Positions 26,380-40,400 of a DNA stretch of 64,000 bases are shown one piece after another. The stretch's first letter is position 1. Each line of letters opens with the position of its first letter. Under the pieces are notes generated by a model. It saw only the letters and a program-made list of their open reading frames with translations, was not told the DNA's origin and searched no databases. Made by a program: the position numbers and the translations under genes. The stretch spans positions 92,320,001 through 92,384,000 of the forward strand of contig NC_087436.1 in assembly GCF_036321535.1 (NCBI RefSeq), in the 5' to 3' direction. Origin of the DNA: Camelus dromedarius (lineage: Eukaryota).

Positions 26380-26705
26380 AGCACCAAAAGAAAGTAAATA
26401 TGAGCCACAAATGCTAGACACATATGTACTTTGAAATATTCTAGTAGTAACATTGTTAATAATAAAAAAAAGAAATAGGTGAAATTAGTTTTAATAATAT
26501 ATTTTCTTCAACCTAATATATCCAAAATATTATTTCATCATGTTACTGATATAAAAACTAGTAATGAATTAGTTTGCTTTTTTTGTACTAAGTTTTCTAA
26601 ATCTGTGGTATATTTTATATTTACAGTACATCTCAATTAAACTAGCCCCATTTCACATGCTCAGTTGTCACATGTGGTGAGTGGCTGTCATACTAGACAG
26701 CACAG
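26380..26705. mobile_element. MER33-like hAT-Charlie DNA transposon fossil
   Basis: atgagccaca...ttctagtag...aggtgaaattagttttaataatatatttt...catttcacatgctcagttgtcacatgtggtgagtggctgtcatactagacagcacag. Confidence 0.85.
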
Positions 26706-29700
26706 CTATAGGTTACACCTCTAGCTTGGGCTGACATGTGAGGATTTACTAGACTTTTTCAGAACATAAAATTTTATAACAGAAATCATGTCTCAAAGTC
26801 AGTTTATTAAAAGTACATGTGTAAACATACTTCTCTCTTAAGTAGAGATTTTAAGCCTTTAACTTCCTTCCTTACAACAGAAGGACTTCTCGAATGTCCT
26901 CATAAAACCTCACACGATGGATGTATTAGTGCTTGGATAATACTGCTTTTGACGTGGCCCTTGTGGCAGTTTAGAGGTTTTATGTAAGTTCATCATAGCA
27001 TCTGTTGAAACCTGTTGTTTTGGTCCCATTAAAAACAATTCTTCTTAAATAGATTTGATAAACGCATTCTGCCCTACCTTCCTGTTGGTTTTCCCTTAAA
27101 GGTTAACATGAATGTGTGTGCCTAGATAGTAACTTTGGGTAATATGCTTTCATATACATCGTTGCCATCAGTTTTGTTAATCTAAGGGGACTGTAGAACT
27201 TGGCTTCTGGTCATTTACATGTTGAGTTGACTGGGCAGAGGGAAGTGGCTGTTTTGAATTGGGCCTCTTCATTGGAGTTGCTTAAGCCATCTTTGAGGAG
27301 GACTTACCTTGATCCATCTGGAGCTGTACTTAATGGGACTGGATTAGTCAGGTGATAATTTAGGTAGACCCTGCTGCTATGAAGGTTGAAACCAGTCTAG
27401 GCACTGGACCAGGAAGCCGCATTAATGGGCCAGATCTATCTAGAATACAGACTGGCCTTCATGAGTGAAGCAAGCAAACAGTGGTTCACAGGGGTGAGTC
27501 AGAGAGATGGCTTGTTCTGACACCAGTTGAGAATAGCTGAGCTGCTGTAATTGGCTTAGGTCTCTTTTGCTTACTTTGGTTTTAAAGCCAACTTGTTATG
27601 AAAAAATCTTCTTCCAGCATCTGCAGTCCATCTTTCCCCCTCATTCCTCCTTAACCCCCATGCAGAGTTAGCCCTCCCCCAGCCCTGGAAACCTTAGATG
27701 TCTCCTACCTCTAGGGAGCTCTGACTTAGCGCCATAAGGATGTGGCCTGAATCACACTGTCACCCCTTCCTTGACCTTTAGTGCGTGTCACAGCAGCTCG
27801 CAGAGCTCCGGAACTGGGGGCCCTGCCCTGCTCTGAGAGAGGAGACGCTGATCGCTGACCCTCACTTGGACTCCAGGGCTCTGCACTTGTGAGGAGTTGT
27901 GGTGACAAACCAGGCTGCCAAGGGCTCAAAATATCATTTGCTTTCATCTTCCCTGCTGTTGCTCTTGGCCAGCTCATCTAGACAAACTTGTTGCCCCATG
28001 TTTGAGTTCTTTGGTTCCGAGCGCACCTGTTGTCATGACCGTTTTTTCCCGGATCCCTTGCTCTGACACTGTATTGTCATCCTAATGGCTATGACTAGTT
28101 GATCCTGTCCAGTCCCCTTCTACTCTGTCTCATTCTACTTTAAAAAAAAACTAAGCCAAAAAAACCTCAAGCCATGTCCTATCTCTGACCAAAGAAATGA
28201 AAGAAATCTCTCTGTATAGATTTTTACCCAAATCTGATGTACATTCTATACCTTAAGCTTAAGTTGGGTTCAATCCACCATGGATGCCAGAATGGCTGTG
28301 ATGAGTATTATCAGGTGGGCTTACTCAGCTTTTGTCACTTTTTTTTTCCCACAGCTGTGAGTAAAGGTTAGAGAAATGGCATGAGGAAGAATGATTCTGC
28401 TGTCTTTAATGGAAACTGTGCCCAGTGTGGCCAGGGCAGTGGGAATCTTGTAGAATATGGGCAGTTTTATAGTCACGTTGTGTATCTCAGCAGTGCTCAA
28501 CCCTGGCTACACAGTGAATCAAATGGGGGTTGTCTAAACAATACTGATCCCTGGACCCTTCCCTGGCCAGTGAGGTCAGTCAGTCTGATCCATTGGGCCT
28601 ATGGACCACGCATTGATGTTCTGTCTCCCAGGCAATTCTGGTGTGCAACAGTGCTGAAAAACAGTGGTGTGGCTCTTTCAGTTTCCTTGCTTGCAGAGAG
28701 GAGGAGGAATAGACTGTATGAAGTCATATAGATTGCCGGCCAAGACACTATGAGCATATGGATTCTTTTTTGATAAATATTTTGTTTATTGCCCAGTTAC
28801 TTCATGAGTCTAATTACACTTCTCTAGCTTTCTCCTCTCAGACATGATAAAGTTCATGTGATGATACTCAGTTATTTTCTTTTGAAGACTTTCTTTAAAA
28901 TTCTGAATTAAACATTCTGTTCAGTACAACCAAATGAAGAGTAAACACATTCAGTTTATTTTTAGCTGGTGCTGTATCTTCTCTGGGAGCCTGGTGAATA
29001 TGATCCTCTCTGCAGTGTCATTATAGTTTTTGCTAACCTACTTACTTTTAGTTTGTTGTAGTAATTAATCTCTTTATTCATCCCGTATTGATAGCCTACG
29101 TATGTAGTTATTTTCACCTGGAAGAAATACCTTAACAATTTGGTAAAAAGTCTCTGAAACATCTGTGTACTTTATTTTCAAAGGGTTTATTTTCTTTAGT
29201 TTACAATTATTGATTTATCTCACCACGATGTTAATAAGTCTTTTACAGGTTAATGTCCAGAAAGCAGAAACTTACCACAAGTCCCAACTTACCTGTCTTC
29301 CCTGGTTGCTGAGGTGAAGCTTATTTTGAAACTCTTAATTTAGCCGATGTGATTTCTCTGTGGCCTCATGGATGGATGCAGGGGTCTGGCTTCAGAGGGT
29401 GATGGTTGTTACTTCAAACTTCGAGGACTGGAAGGCAAAGTGCCTTAGGTCAGGTGTATGGTGTCCCACCTTTGTGGGACTTTTTTTAATTTTATATTCT
29501 CTTCTAGCCTTTATGTTGTCATCCATCCTCATTGTTTTTGCATTTAGACTTTACTTTTTGAGGTGATCATGTTACTTGTACTCTACAGATGGAAATCTTC
29601 TTAGACAGAATTTGCCCAGGGGTACGGGGCAGGTAAAGTTCTGAATCACTGGCTCGGTTTAACCCCAGATGGCTACTTTTTCACATCTTTTTGTTTAAAG

Positions 29701-31198
29701 TTCAATGAAAGAATCATTACCTGAGTCGGCCGTTTGTTGACTTCCAAGTGAATATAATTAGCAAAGAAGGAAAAAAGCCCTCTTAATTTCCCCAGGTGCC
29801 TACTGACTCTCCCTTAATTGTTAAGTGATTGTGTTAAGTGATTTTCCCTGTGGAATTTATCCTATGGTCGGTGAACTACTCTCCTATATGATTTAATTTT
29901 AACTAAACCTGAATACCAAGACCTTCCGTCTGAACTGATAGTTTTCTTTATAAGAGATCAGACGTTTTTCCATATATCCAGCTGAGATTGTCTTTTTTCA
30001 CTTCCATTGACACAAGTTAATAGAATCAGTAACTTTACTGTTTATACCTTGTGTCTTTAGTCTGTTTGCTACCAGACTGTTCGACATAGTAGCCACTTAA
30101 AAAGCAGAGTGCATTGGTTTTGTGTCAGCAACAAAACTTGAGACTGCCCCCACTTTCCTCAGCATCATAAGCTGCTACCCTGTAAATAATTGACTTAAGG
30201 AAAAAATGAAATAAGGCACACAGGGCTCCCAGCGGGCCTGGAGTGATATCTGACTTTAGGGTCTTCCAAGCTGGGTGACCTTGGGCAAGTCATATAACCT
30301 CTCTGAGACTCCTGTTTTCCTTTTGCAAAGTGGTAGTACTGCCTACCAGTAAATCATCTGCTTGTTGGCTAGATGGTAGACCAAGCCTGGCTGCATATTA
30401 GAATTCCCTGAGGAGCTTGAAAGTAGCTGATCCTTGGGTTCCACCCCTAGAAATTCAGATTTCATCTTGGAGGTAGAAGTTGAAATGAAGAAAGATGTTA
30501 GTGGCTTGGACTACTAGGTATCAGTGGAGGTGATGGGTCAGATTCAGGATATAGTTTGAAGGTAGATCGGACAGATTTATTGAAGACTAGGATGTGGAAT
30601 GTTAAAGACATTGAGAATGACTAAAGTTTTGGGCCCTGAGCCCAAATTGATGGCACCTTTTACTAAGATAGAAAACACTGGGATGAAGGACTGAAAACCT
30701 CCTCGCATTTTAGAGAAGAACGAGAAGATCCACATGTGGCAAAATATGTTATGTTTGTGCACATTTTTTTTATTCTCTTGGAAAGAGTATTGCATTTATC
30801 CTAAATTCCATCTACTTCCTCCATCTTCTTTCAGTATTCTTTAGAACCTCAGTAAACATAACTATTAGTGTGTTACCTGCTCCTCATTGCTGTGGATTTT
30901 AGGCATCTGGGAGATGCATGGACTTAACCTGCTTGGGATTGATAGTTTTAACCCCGGGACTTCAGAGTTGACGAGAACACTCTTTATGTCAACATCGTGT
31001 TCTTTTGGCTCCTGAGCTGCTCCAAACTGCAGGGACATCTTTCAGAGTGGAAAATTAAAATAAAGCACTTGAGTAGAGGCTTAGCAAATGTTACTTGAAT
31101 CTGTGTCTGATGAGTGATTGGGATGAGATCAAGCTGTTCAGATTTTGGGAGCTGAGCTTTTTAACCTGCTGGAGTGATTTTGAATCTCATGGAGTCTT

Positions 31199-31954
31199 TT
31201 TTTTTTTTTTTTTTAACTTTTTTTTATTGAGTTATAGTCATTTTACAATGTTGAGTCAAATTCCAGCGTAGAGCACAATTTTTCAGTTATACATGAACAT
31301 ACATATATTCATTGTCACATTTTTTTTCTCTGTGAGCTACCACAAGATCTTGTATACATTTCCTGTGCTATACAGAATAGTCTTGTTTATCTATTCTACA
31401 TTTTGAAAGCCCAGTCTGTCCCTTCCCACCTCCCGCCCCCTTGGCAACCACAAGTTTGTATTCTATGTCTATGAGTCTGTTTCTGTTTTGTATTTATGTT
31501 TTGTTTTTTGTTGTTGTTGTTTTAGATTCCACATATGCGCGATCTCATATGGTATTTTTCTTTCTCTTTCTGGCTTACTTCACTTAGAATGACAGTCTCC
31601 AGGAGCATCCATGTTGCTGCAAATGGCATTATGTTGTCGGTTTTTATGGCTGAATGGTATTCCATTGTATAAATATACCACCTCTTCTTTATCCAGTCAC
31701 CTGTCAATGGACATTTAGGCTGTTTCCATATTTTGGCTATTGTAAATAGTGCTGCTTTGAACATTGAGGTGCAGGTGTCTTTTTGAAGTAGGGTTCCTTC
31801 TGGATATATGCCCAGGAGTGGGATTCCTGGGTCATATGGTAAGTCTATTCCTAGTCTTTTGAGGAATCTCCATACTATTTTCCACAGTGGCTGCACCAAA
31901 CTGCATTCCCACCAGCAGTGTAGGAGGGTTCCCTTTTCTCCACAGCCTCTCCAG
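31199..31954 (-). mobile_element. Young 5'-truncated LINE-1 3' end with TSD
   Basis: Uninterrupted ORF2 C-terminal peptide ([40 protein letters not shown]...KQPKCP) and a long poly-T. TSD tggagtctt at 31190-31198 and 31955-31963. Confidence 0.95.
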
Positions 31955-32059
31955 TGGAGTCTTCTTATTGTCAAATACGAGCCCATGGCACTTTGCTCAG
32001 CAGTGGCCACAGACACCCCAGCAGATCTAAGGGGCTGATTTCAGTTCTAATTCGCGGTG

Positions 32060-32640
32060 GTACACGGAGGTACCAGCATTGCATTTTGAGGCTCTTTCTG
32101 CACTGGGTGGTTTTCATTTACGGCGTCAGAAGGTTCTTGAAGCATCTGTGAGCTGGGTTGGGCCGAGTGCAGTCTCACAATGTGTGGGTGTCACTGCTTT
32201 CATGTCGCCCAGCACCGTGCTGGGTCTTTGAAGTCTTCGCGGCCCACCAGCTGTCTTTCACACATCCCTGCGTAATCCGCTTTAGTGGAGGTTTCTGTCT
32301 CCTTTTTGAGCCACATCCTGACAAACCGAAGGCAGCCGTGCCTCATTTGCTTTTGTGTAGGTGACTCCTGTATCTCTGAGCCTGTCTTGCCTGACCAGTC
32401 TCGGTGAGTTCTTTAATGACTGCCCCACGGTGCTGGCAGGCAGGCCACCCCAGAGGCACGCCTGCTCTCAGGGTCATGCTGGGACCTGGTGGAGTTCTCC
32501 AGTGCTCCTTTGTGGTTGTCCAATTTTTCTAGCCTGGTTGATAGACTTGTTGGAAACTTCCCGTGCCAGACTCTGACACCGCTGGTCACCAGTAGACAGT
32601 GGGAAAGTGTCACCTTTTTCCTGATCCTGGGCAGTGTCTG
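32060..32640 (-). mobile_element. Ancient RTE-clade LINE relic (L4-like), C-terminal region
   Basis: Frameshifted minus-strand translation gives, in order, WTT, QDR, LRF-VRM, GR..FKD and DMKA....ETA. This parallels the RTE C-terminal consensus WT..WQD..LRW.GHV.RM..GRP..RFKD..KRDMKA..WE. Confidence 0.55.
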
Positions 32641-33079
32641 GTTCTCTAGAGTAGAAAGCTGTTCTTGCTCATGGGTGACTCATGCTGCTGTGTGTGTGTG
32701 TGCTGCACTGACTTTTCCAAAGACACAAATTAGCAGGTAGGATTTATTGTCTTCACTGGGTGTTTTTGACACTTGAGACAGTGTTTAAAAAAAAAAAGTG
32801 AATTATTTTTTTCTCTCTTGCAAAATCACAATGGAGATACGTGGGTGCCCATCAAACTCCCTGGCTCATTCTGAGAACAGTGCAGTAGCAAAATGATGTT
32901 GTTTGTGTGCACCTGCTAGCGGTTGGTTGTGCAGGTCCTGCTTGAATACCTCTCACTGACAGGAATCACACCCCTTGTAAAATAGCCCTGTGCATTCTCA
33001 GACACTTCTAATTTTTAGCAAGTTCTTTCTTTTTAAGAAAGTAATAAGAGCAATAAAACCTTTTGTTCTCTACATGTTT

Positions 33080-34420
33080 TGCTGGGCTGAATCCCCCATA
33101 TTATATTTGCACAGTTGATTTTTTTAGGCCTTAGTATAGGATCTTCAGTTTATTCAACCTCTCACAACCTTCCTGAATTGATTCTTTCGTGTCCTCTGCC
33201 CATTTATTAATCCTGCCATGTATGTCCTTATCCTGTCATTGGAACCTGGCAATCTGGCTCCCGAGTCTTTGGGAAGCTGTGCATCTACTGGGACTGTCAA
33301 GGGATCCTGTTGGATCACAGCAGAGCCTGGTGGGACTCAGTCTTTGGGAAGCTGTGCATCTACTGGGACTGTCAAGGGATCCTGTTGGATCACAGCAGAG
33401 CCTCGTGGGACTCAGTCTTTGGGTCTCTCACTTTGCCCAGCGTTTCCCTGGTTTTTCCTCCCTACATCTACTCCATTCTCCTCTTCACACCTCCACCATG
33501 CATGTGGCTTTACTGTGACCCATCCCCCTCCAGCCCAACTTGCCATGATGGTCCTTGCTCAGTGCCAAGCCTGCCTGCCTAGGTCTCTGGATCACAAGTC
33601 CACATTCCCAGAAGGAAGTCCAGTTGGCCCTGCTGCTCAGGTGCCCCTTGACCCTGACTCCACCCTCCCAGTGCAAGCAAGTAAGCCCAGAAGAGGAGAG
33701 GAATGGTAGGGGCCAAGGGTGAGCCAGGGTAGGCTCCTTCAGAAGGTGTTGCAGGCAGGGAGGGACCCAAAGGAAAGCTCCAGTTTGAGTCCCCCCATGG
33801 AAATTTGTGGACCAGTTGTGAATCCAACATTGTTACATAATCGTGGGATTGTGGGTCTCAGTTCTACAAGAACAGGGTCTAGCTGAATACCTTGTTGAAG
33901 TACAGAGTGCTAAGGATTTCGATTTGGCTAATAGCATCATTGTTCAGACTCGGGTAATGTACACCATCTTTACAGGCAGCAGACCTAGCCCGTTGAGTTC
34001 CTGTAGTCCAGATGGAAGGGAGAAAACATTTTGGTAATCACCAATATTTTTGAAAACACCTTTCCTCTATTCCTGGATGATCATGCTTCTGTTATTATTT
34101 GTTATTGACTATGTGAGCATAGTTCCAACCTTTCTGGTGATCTTTTTACCTGCTTTACCTTGTTCAAGGACTTCCTGCACTGCGACAGTGGTCTCTTTGA
34201 CCACACCTCTCTTTTCCCTCTTGATAGGACCTTCCACAGTTAGTCATCATGTTACTTCAGACAGCCTTCCGGACTTCTGCCCCTTTTAGGTCTTGATGTT
34301 AACTTGAAATACATCCTCCTGACATCTAGAACACGTCTGGCTTGGCCTGGTGTTTCCCTCTTTGACTGCCGAAAGCTCTCTGGTCCAGCTGTGTTTTCTG
34401 TGAGTGTCATCACTGCTCTG
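33080..34420 (-). mobile_element. Ancient CR1/L3 LINE relic, interrupted at about 33230-33800
   Basis: Minus strand reads LYFNKVF (cf. LDFSKAF) near 33885-33905 and WIHNW (cf. WIENW) near 33812-33826. An L3-like gcacagttgattttttaggccttag segment lies at about 33110. Confidence 0.65.
33264..33423. repeat. 75-bp tandem duplication (two copies, one mismatch)
   Basis: agtctttggg recurs at 33264, 33339 and 33414. The units are identical except cctgg versus cctcg. Confidence 0.97.
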
Positions 34421-37400
34421 TCACTTCTGCTTTGATTAGAATCCAGTCCATGGTAGCAATTCCTCATCTTGTTTCCCATACCTTCTCAGAGACAAATTTG
34501 CTGCCAAGACAAGTCAGCGATGCCTTTAGCTAATTGAGACTTCTAGGAGATGCCTAGTAGATGTCTGGTGGTTGAAACTCCTCATTGCTAGTGCAGTCCG
34601 TCTCTGTGCCAATTTTCAGTCTACGTTTCAGTCACTTACTTCTTGTCAGACCCAGTGAACTATGGGTCGTCCCCAAGGGGATATCATTAAACTCCTTTTA
34701 TCTTTCATTATTCTTCTTCCTTTCTTTGTTAAGCGTGATTTGGCGTCAATACATGTGTTCCTTCTTTGCAGTAACTCGCCATGCCCAAGATGATTATTTT
34801 TCTAGGTTAACATCCAGGCTGGCAGCCAAAGAAACTGAGTGCTTGCTATGGGGGAGGCCCAAGCCTGGGCGAGCACAGGTTTCCATGTCACACTGCTCCA
34901 GGACAGCCTTTCCCCTGAATGTCAGGGAGCCTCGTTTCAGCTTCTGCCTCTTAGAATTTGCGGTGCTGCTTTCGGAGCTTGTTGCAGTTCAGCATGAGTG
35001 CGGGACATGTTAAGACATTGTTTTTCTTATTTTAGACAAGAAATAATGTCAATATGTTTTTCACACTTGTTTATTTTTAGATCAGTTCCCACAAAGACAC
35101 TTAAATCAAAATATCACTTACCGTGTATGGTAATGTCAGGTCCTAACAGGAAGATATATTAGGGGTGTCAAGATAGGGACAAGACTATAAAGTTCTGGGA
35201 ATTTTTGGTTGGCCTGATGTTAAAATAGAAAATTTGATCAACATTTATTGCATTCAGGGGACTTCCCTGAAATGTTCTTTATGTTACTTCCACATATTAG
35301 GTTAATTTTACGTCTATAACACCTAGTATGTTAATTCTCAGTTACCAGTTACTATATACCTAAGTATATAGGTCAAAAGATTAATATTGGAGTAGTCAGA
35401 GAACCACTGCATACTCAAAATGTTTGTAGATGACACTTCGAGGAAGAATGGTCAGGGAGACTGCTTTGACATCTAACAGCGTTGACAAGGCCGTGAGCTA
35501 GGAGAAGGTTGGGAGTGGAAAACTGTGTTGAAGTGGCAGACGGCGTAGTGAGAAATGTGCTTAGAGGGAGAGGCCAGGTCAGGCGTCACTGTTGAATGAA
35601 TAAATGTATCTGTCAGTTTTAAAGCTTTAGGACTAAGTTGGACTTCATCCATTTCCAAATGTTATCCTGGCTCTGGTACTCACTGGCCCCCTGACCATCA
35701 GCAATTCTACATTTGAGAAGCAAAGTTTCTTCATTTTGAGAAGAATTCTTGAGGGAAAAAAAGTGAACTCTTTTATAAGATGAACCAGTTTTTCTGAAGC
35801 AGGTAACTATGTGTTACATCATCAGGGCAGATAGACATTCTCTGTTACATTTTGTTATGACTTAACCGCACTGGAGGGTGGTGAGCCAGCGTCACAGCTG
35901 CGTGAACATGAGAGCAGGGGCGAGGAAGCCGGACATGGGGAAAGCCTTTTGGCTGTTGTGCAGGTTTCTTAGGGTGGAAACCCCTGGTTGTCCCAGAACA
36001 TGCTGGGCTCAGGGCGTGGATAGGGCAGCTGTGAACATCAGAGGAGATCCGATCTAGCAAGTAGGGCCTGTTGGGGAAGGTTCCAGGCAGCCTCATGATT
36101 TTGGGGGCAGGGTAGTTGCATGTGGTTCCAGGTCGTCGTCCCATGCAGAGCAGAAAAGCCAGCTCAGTGACTGGGATAGAAAGCAGGATTCAGCTCCTCG
36201 AAGAGGAAAGGCCAGGTTCAGGTCCAGTGTCGGAGCCCACCCACGTTAATTAGATGGGCGTTAGGACAGGACTTGTCTTCCAGCCGAGAGGACTGAAGGG
36301 CCTCTGCGTACACTCCATACTGTGGGAGCTGAGCATGTTCTTTAAGTAGATAGGCTAGTTCCCAGAATCAAATGAAAAGCTCGAAGGAAGGTCAAGGATC
36401 ATGCAAGGCAGCGGGACCAATGGGCAGTTCCTTCTGGATGCCTCAGAATCCGTCTTATCTGTGCCCAGCCTTTTCATAACTCCAGATAGCAAATTGAGTG
36501 TGATTAGCTTAGCGTGGGCCATGTGCCCACCTTTAAATCAAAAGGGGGAATGGTATCTCGACGGACCGGTCTCTCAAGACTGCCTACAGTTGGGGGAGGG
36601 GAGTTCTCCAAAGGAAATCAAAAGACTGTTCTCAAGAGAAGCACATGCTGCGCTGAAATGAACAGCAGATGTTCACTGCATAGAGCCTGAATCAATATTC
36701 AGTCTGGGGAAGGTGTATTGATGCAATAGAAAATTTCATTTCCCCTCTGGCTATGGCAGTCATGGTCTAGAAATTTGAGATGCATTGCTGAATCTTTTCG
36801 ATTTAATTTCCATGCTTTTAAAGGTGTTTGATTCCTTCAGTACCATATTTGGAACTGTAGTATGTGAGTCTTAACCTTTAAAGCACGCGGTTCATTGTTT
36901 CCAGGCTGGTGGTTCCTTCCTTTTGTACCCTCTCTGTCTGAACAGCTGCCGTCAGGCTCACAATCGAACGTTTGAAATGACCGTTCCGCTCCAACAATGC
37001 AAAACATGGGATTTCAAACCTCTTTTGTAGGTCTAGCAACTGCTTCTGTATTTCTAATTAAATAAACAACCTATATATATGGTAACCACTAAATATAAAT
37101 AAAATACAAGCATCTAACTTATTCAGCCAAAGATTGTTTTACTCTGTACACTTGAACGAAAAAAAAAATTACTAGATAAGGACTTTTAATTTATTATTAT
37201 TTTTCCCAATGAACAAAATAAGGCATATTAAACCTTAGACAGGAACTTGGATAATGCTCATAATTTCTTACTAAGTAGCACATAACTTTAACTACACCTA
37301 AGTTCTGCCATTGTGCCTCTCAAGTCTCTGGCTAGTTTTCCAGTTAATATTCTTTTATTAGATTCTGTGTATGTTGCATGTATGACTGTTGTCTTAAGAC

Positions 37401-40400
37401 TTCATTCTAGCTCAAGAAATGGGAGCAATTAATAGGGTCCTTTTAATGTCTAATATTAGAAGCCACTGAGTAGAAGGATATGTAGTTGGGCTCTCCCAAG
37501 TATGTTTAGGAGATAACATAGTAGATACTCTGATTCCAAATACAGCCTTACTTATAATTGTAATAAAGTTGAGTCTGCAAAAACTTAGTGGTTCTGTAAC
37601 CACATTACCAGGCAACAGAATGATTTTGTATCTTGTTCTCTTCTCCCTCCTACCTAACCACCCCTGCTTCTGTTACATAACCCTACAGATGACAATTTGG
37701 GGAAAACGTACTTTTTTAATAGTAATTTATTAAATTGTAGGGTAAAACCCATTATTCTACTGTCTAGATTTATCCACTGGTTACAACTTTAATATTATCC
37801 AGAACATTTTTAAATGTTAGCACCTACCTTAGTGTGTCCTTAAGACTTTTGTTTTTCCCATCTCAGATATTTTGAAGGAGAGATGAGCTTGATAATCTCT
37901 GGGGATAGGATAGGGTGACGGGAACCATCTAAGTGACTAGTATTGTGCTACATTGCTAACATAATTATTTAACCCTCATATTAACCCTGTTTTTACTTGA
38001 GGAAGCTGAGGTCAGAACATAAATTAATTTGCCCAGTGTTATGTAGACGTGTCATAATCCAAATCTGAACACACATCTGATACGTTGAATGAATGAATGA
38101 ATGAATGAGCAGGTGAATGAACTAACAAACAATGGATCTTACTGATTGGGTCGTGATATTTATAATGAGAAATGAAAAATTTCAGAGATGATATTTCTGC
38201 TATAATTGTACAAGAGGGCACAAAGCCTTTCACTTTAACTGTTGAACATTTTTCTTCTGTGCTACATTGTACTGTGTGCACGTAAGCCCATGATCGTGCA
38301 TCTGGGCAGAGGAAGAAAGGACGACTACGTGTCAACACACTGTATAACTCAGACGTTGGTCGGGGGTGGGTGCCAGGTGGTTGCTGGCAACAGATGATCG
38401 TCACCACTTATCTTTTCAAATGGGGAGATCGAGCCGTCATCACAAAGCACCCTTTGACTTTGTGCCTGTGTTCTGAATGCCGATTATGTAAAGCAGCGGT
38501 TACTCTGAAACATCTGGCTCAAGTAGGGAATTTTTTAAATTTCCCTGTTCTGAACAATTGAGGTATTGACTTTTTTCTTCCTGATGCCCGGCGGAAAGTA
38601 ATTTCACCGGATTTTAAAGGTAAACGAGAAGTTCAGATTATTAGCCTACCTTCCTCATTGTACCAGGGAAGGGAATCACCCCCGGGGATTATGTGCGCAG
38701 GATCAAGTGAGTAATCAGTGGAAGACTCAGTGCTCGCCTCACGACTGCTAAGTGGGCTTAATGATCAAACGCTGCTAAGGGAGGAAGGATGCTTGTTCAC
38801 TTCAGGACCGCGACCGAGATGCTGTCTCATCAGCATCTTATGTTTTCTTGATAATGGAAATTACTGTTGGAAGCTGAAATGGTCAGCAGGAAGATGTTGC
38901 TTCTATTTCCTTATTTAGTAATTCAAAGTAATCTCTTGTTGGAAGTGATGTGTCTTTATTTCCCCATACTGGAATCGCTGATCCTTCAGAACTCTAGAAA
39001 TCACATTTGGTCATTTTATAACTAAGAATGCAGAATTTGGTCTGCTAAAGTCCCTGGTTTTGGTGTGTGCTTAGAAAATACTAATTTTATCATTAATTGA
39101 AGTAAACCATGATTCAGAAAACAACTGCTTTTCTGCTGGGGTAAATAACAGTTGAGTGGGTATTACAAACACAGAATATGGGGTTTTCAGTATACCTGGA
39201 GTTGTGAATGGCTGCATTGTCTATGCTATTTGGCCCTTTTTTCTCCTTACTCATTTCAGTAAAAAGCAGCCCCAAGTAGTTTATCTGGGGAGACTGGCTT
39301 GATGCTGGCTGGTCTAAGATGTTATGGGCTTTGGAGGGTACAACACTGGAAGCAGCGAAGATGTTTTGGAAGCCTCTGTTGAGCCCTTGCTCATTTCTGA
39401 TCCTTAAAGTGATGGGTGAGTAAAGGCAGCTGCGGAGGTCTGCTCTATAGAACTTTCAGTGTCAGAAGAGTAAAGATGCTTTAGTGGGTGTCATATGCCT
39501 GATTGGGCCTGAGTGATTCTCTTGGAGAAGTCTGAACATGGTGAAGAGGTGTGTATCTGGTGGCATGATGGTCATTGATTTGTGTGTCTGTACTTTGGGG
39601 CCATATTGAGATGCCCCCAAGAACTTGAAAAGGAGGGGAATGAGCTTGCCCTCTTAATTTCTCTGTAAGATCAACACGTGATAGGAGCAGAGTCACCTGC
39701 ATGAGGGGCACATTTATTCCTAGGCTTGCAGGTTTGGATGGTAATCCCATTGGCAGATTAAATGTCAGTTTGAATTTGGAGATGGTCTAGAAACGGGTGA
39801 GTTGGAGAGTTGAACACTGACAGGACTCTTCTTGGCTCTGTGGAGGGAAGAGAAGTGCTGACTGAGCGATCTGAAGTATCATGGCCCCATTGCCAACATA
39901 TTCCAACAGACTTTGAATTTTTTGGTCCTATGACCCCTGTTCCCTGTTGTGGGATTGGGTAGCTCAGGCTGTGATGGCCCGATGCCATTAGACTCAGGAC
40001 AAGAGCCCACTACCAGTGGGTTTCTTCAGTGCTCACCAGACACCATCACTTGGTCCTTTGACTTTCTGCAGTGGCCAGCAGGGGAGAATTCAACTGATGA
40101 GGGGACTTCATTCATGCTGGTTCCCATGGCAATTATTTCTTGTCATAAACTTACTCATCGTCATTTTGAATTTCTGCATCAATCTTGCAGACTTGGATGA
40201 CCTGTGTCTACTTCTAGGAGAAGGATCTGTTCCTGACACATTGTTAAACATGTTTTTGCTCACTTGTTAATTCATCATACACTGACTGCTTACTGTGAGC
40301 CAGGGGCAGACTATTCAGATAACTCTCAGTGTAACAGGGGAAGTAGATGAATTAACAATTACAGAATCACCACTCTGGACATTATGTGGGAGGCAGTGTG

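Noticed and set aside
33189..33709. ORFs of 90-163 aa with an internal 25-aa repeat
   Set aside because: The repeat comes from the 75-bp DNA duplication and appears in all frames. There is no protein similarity or splice support.
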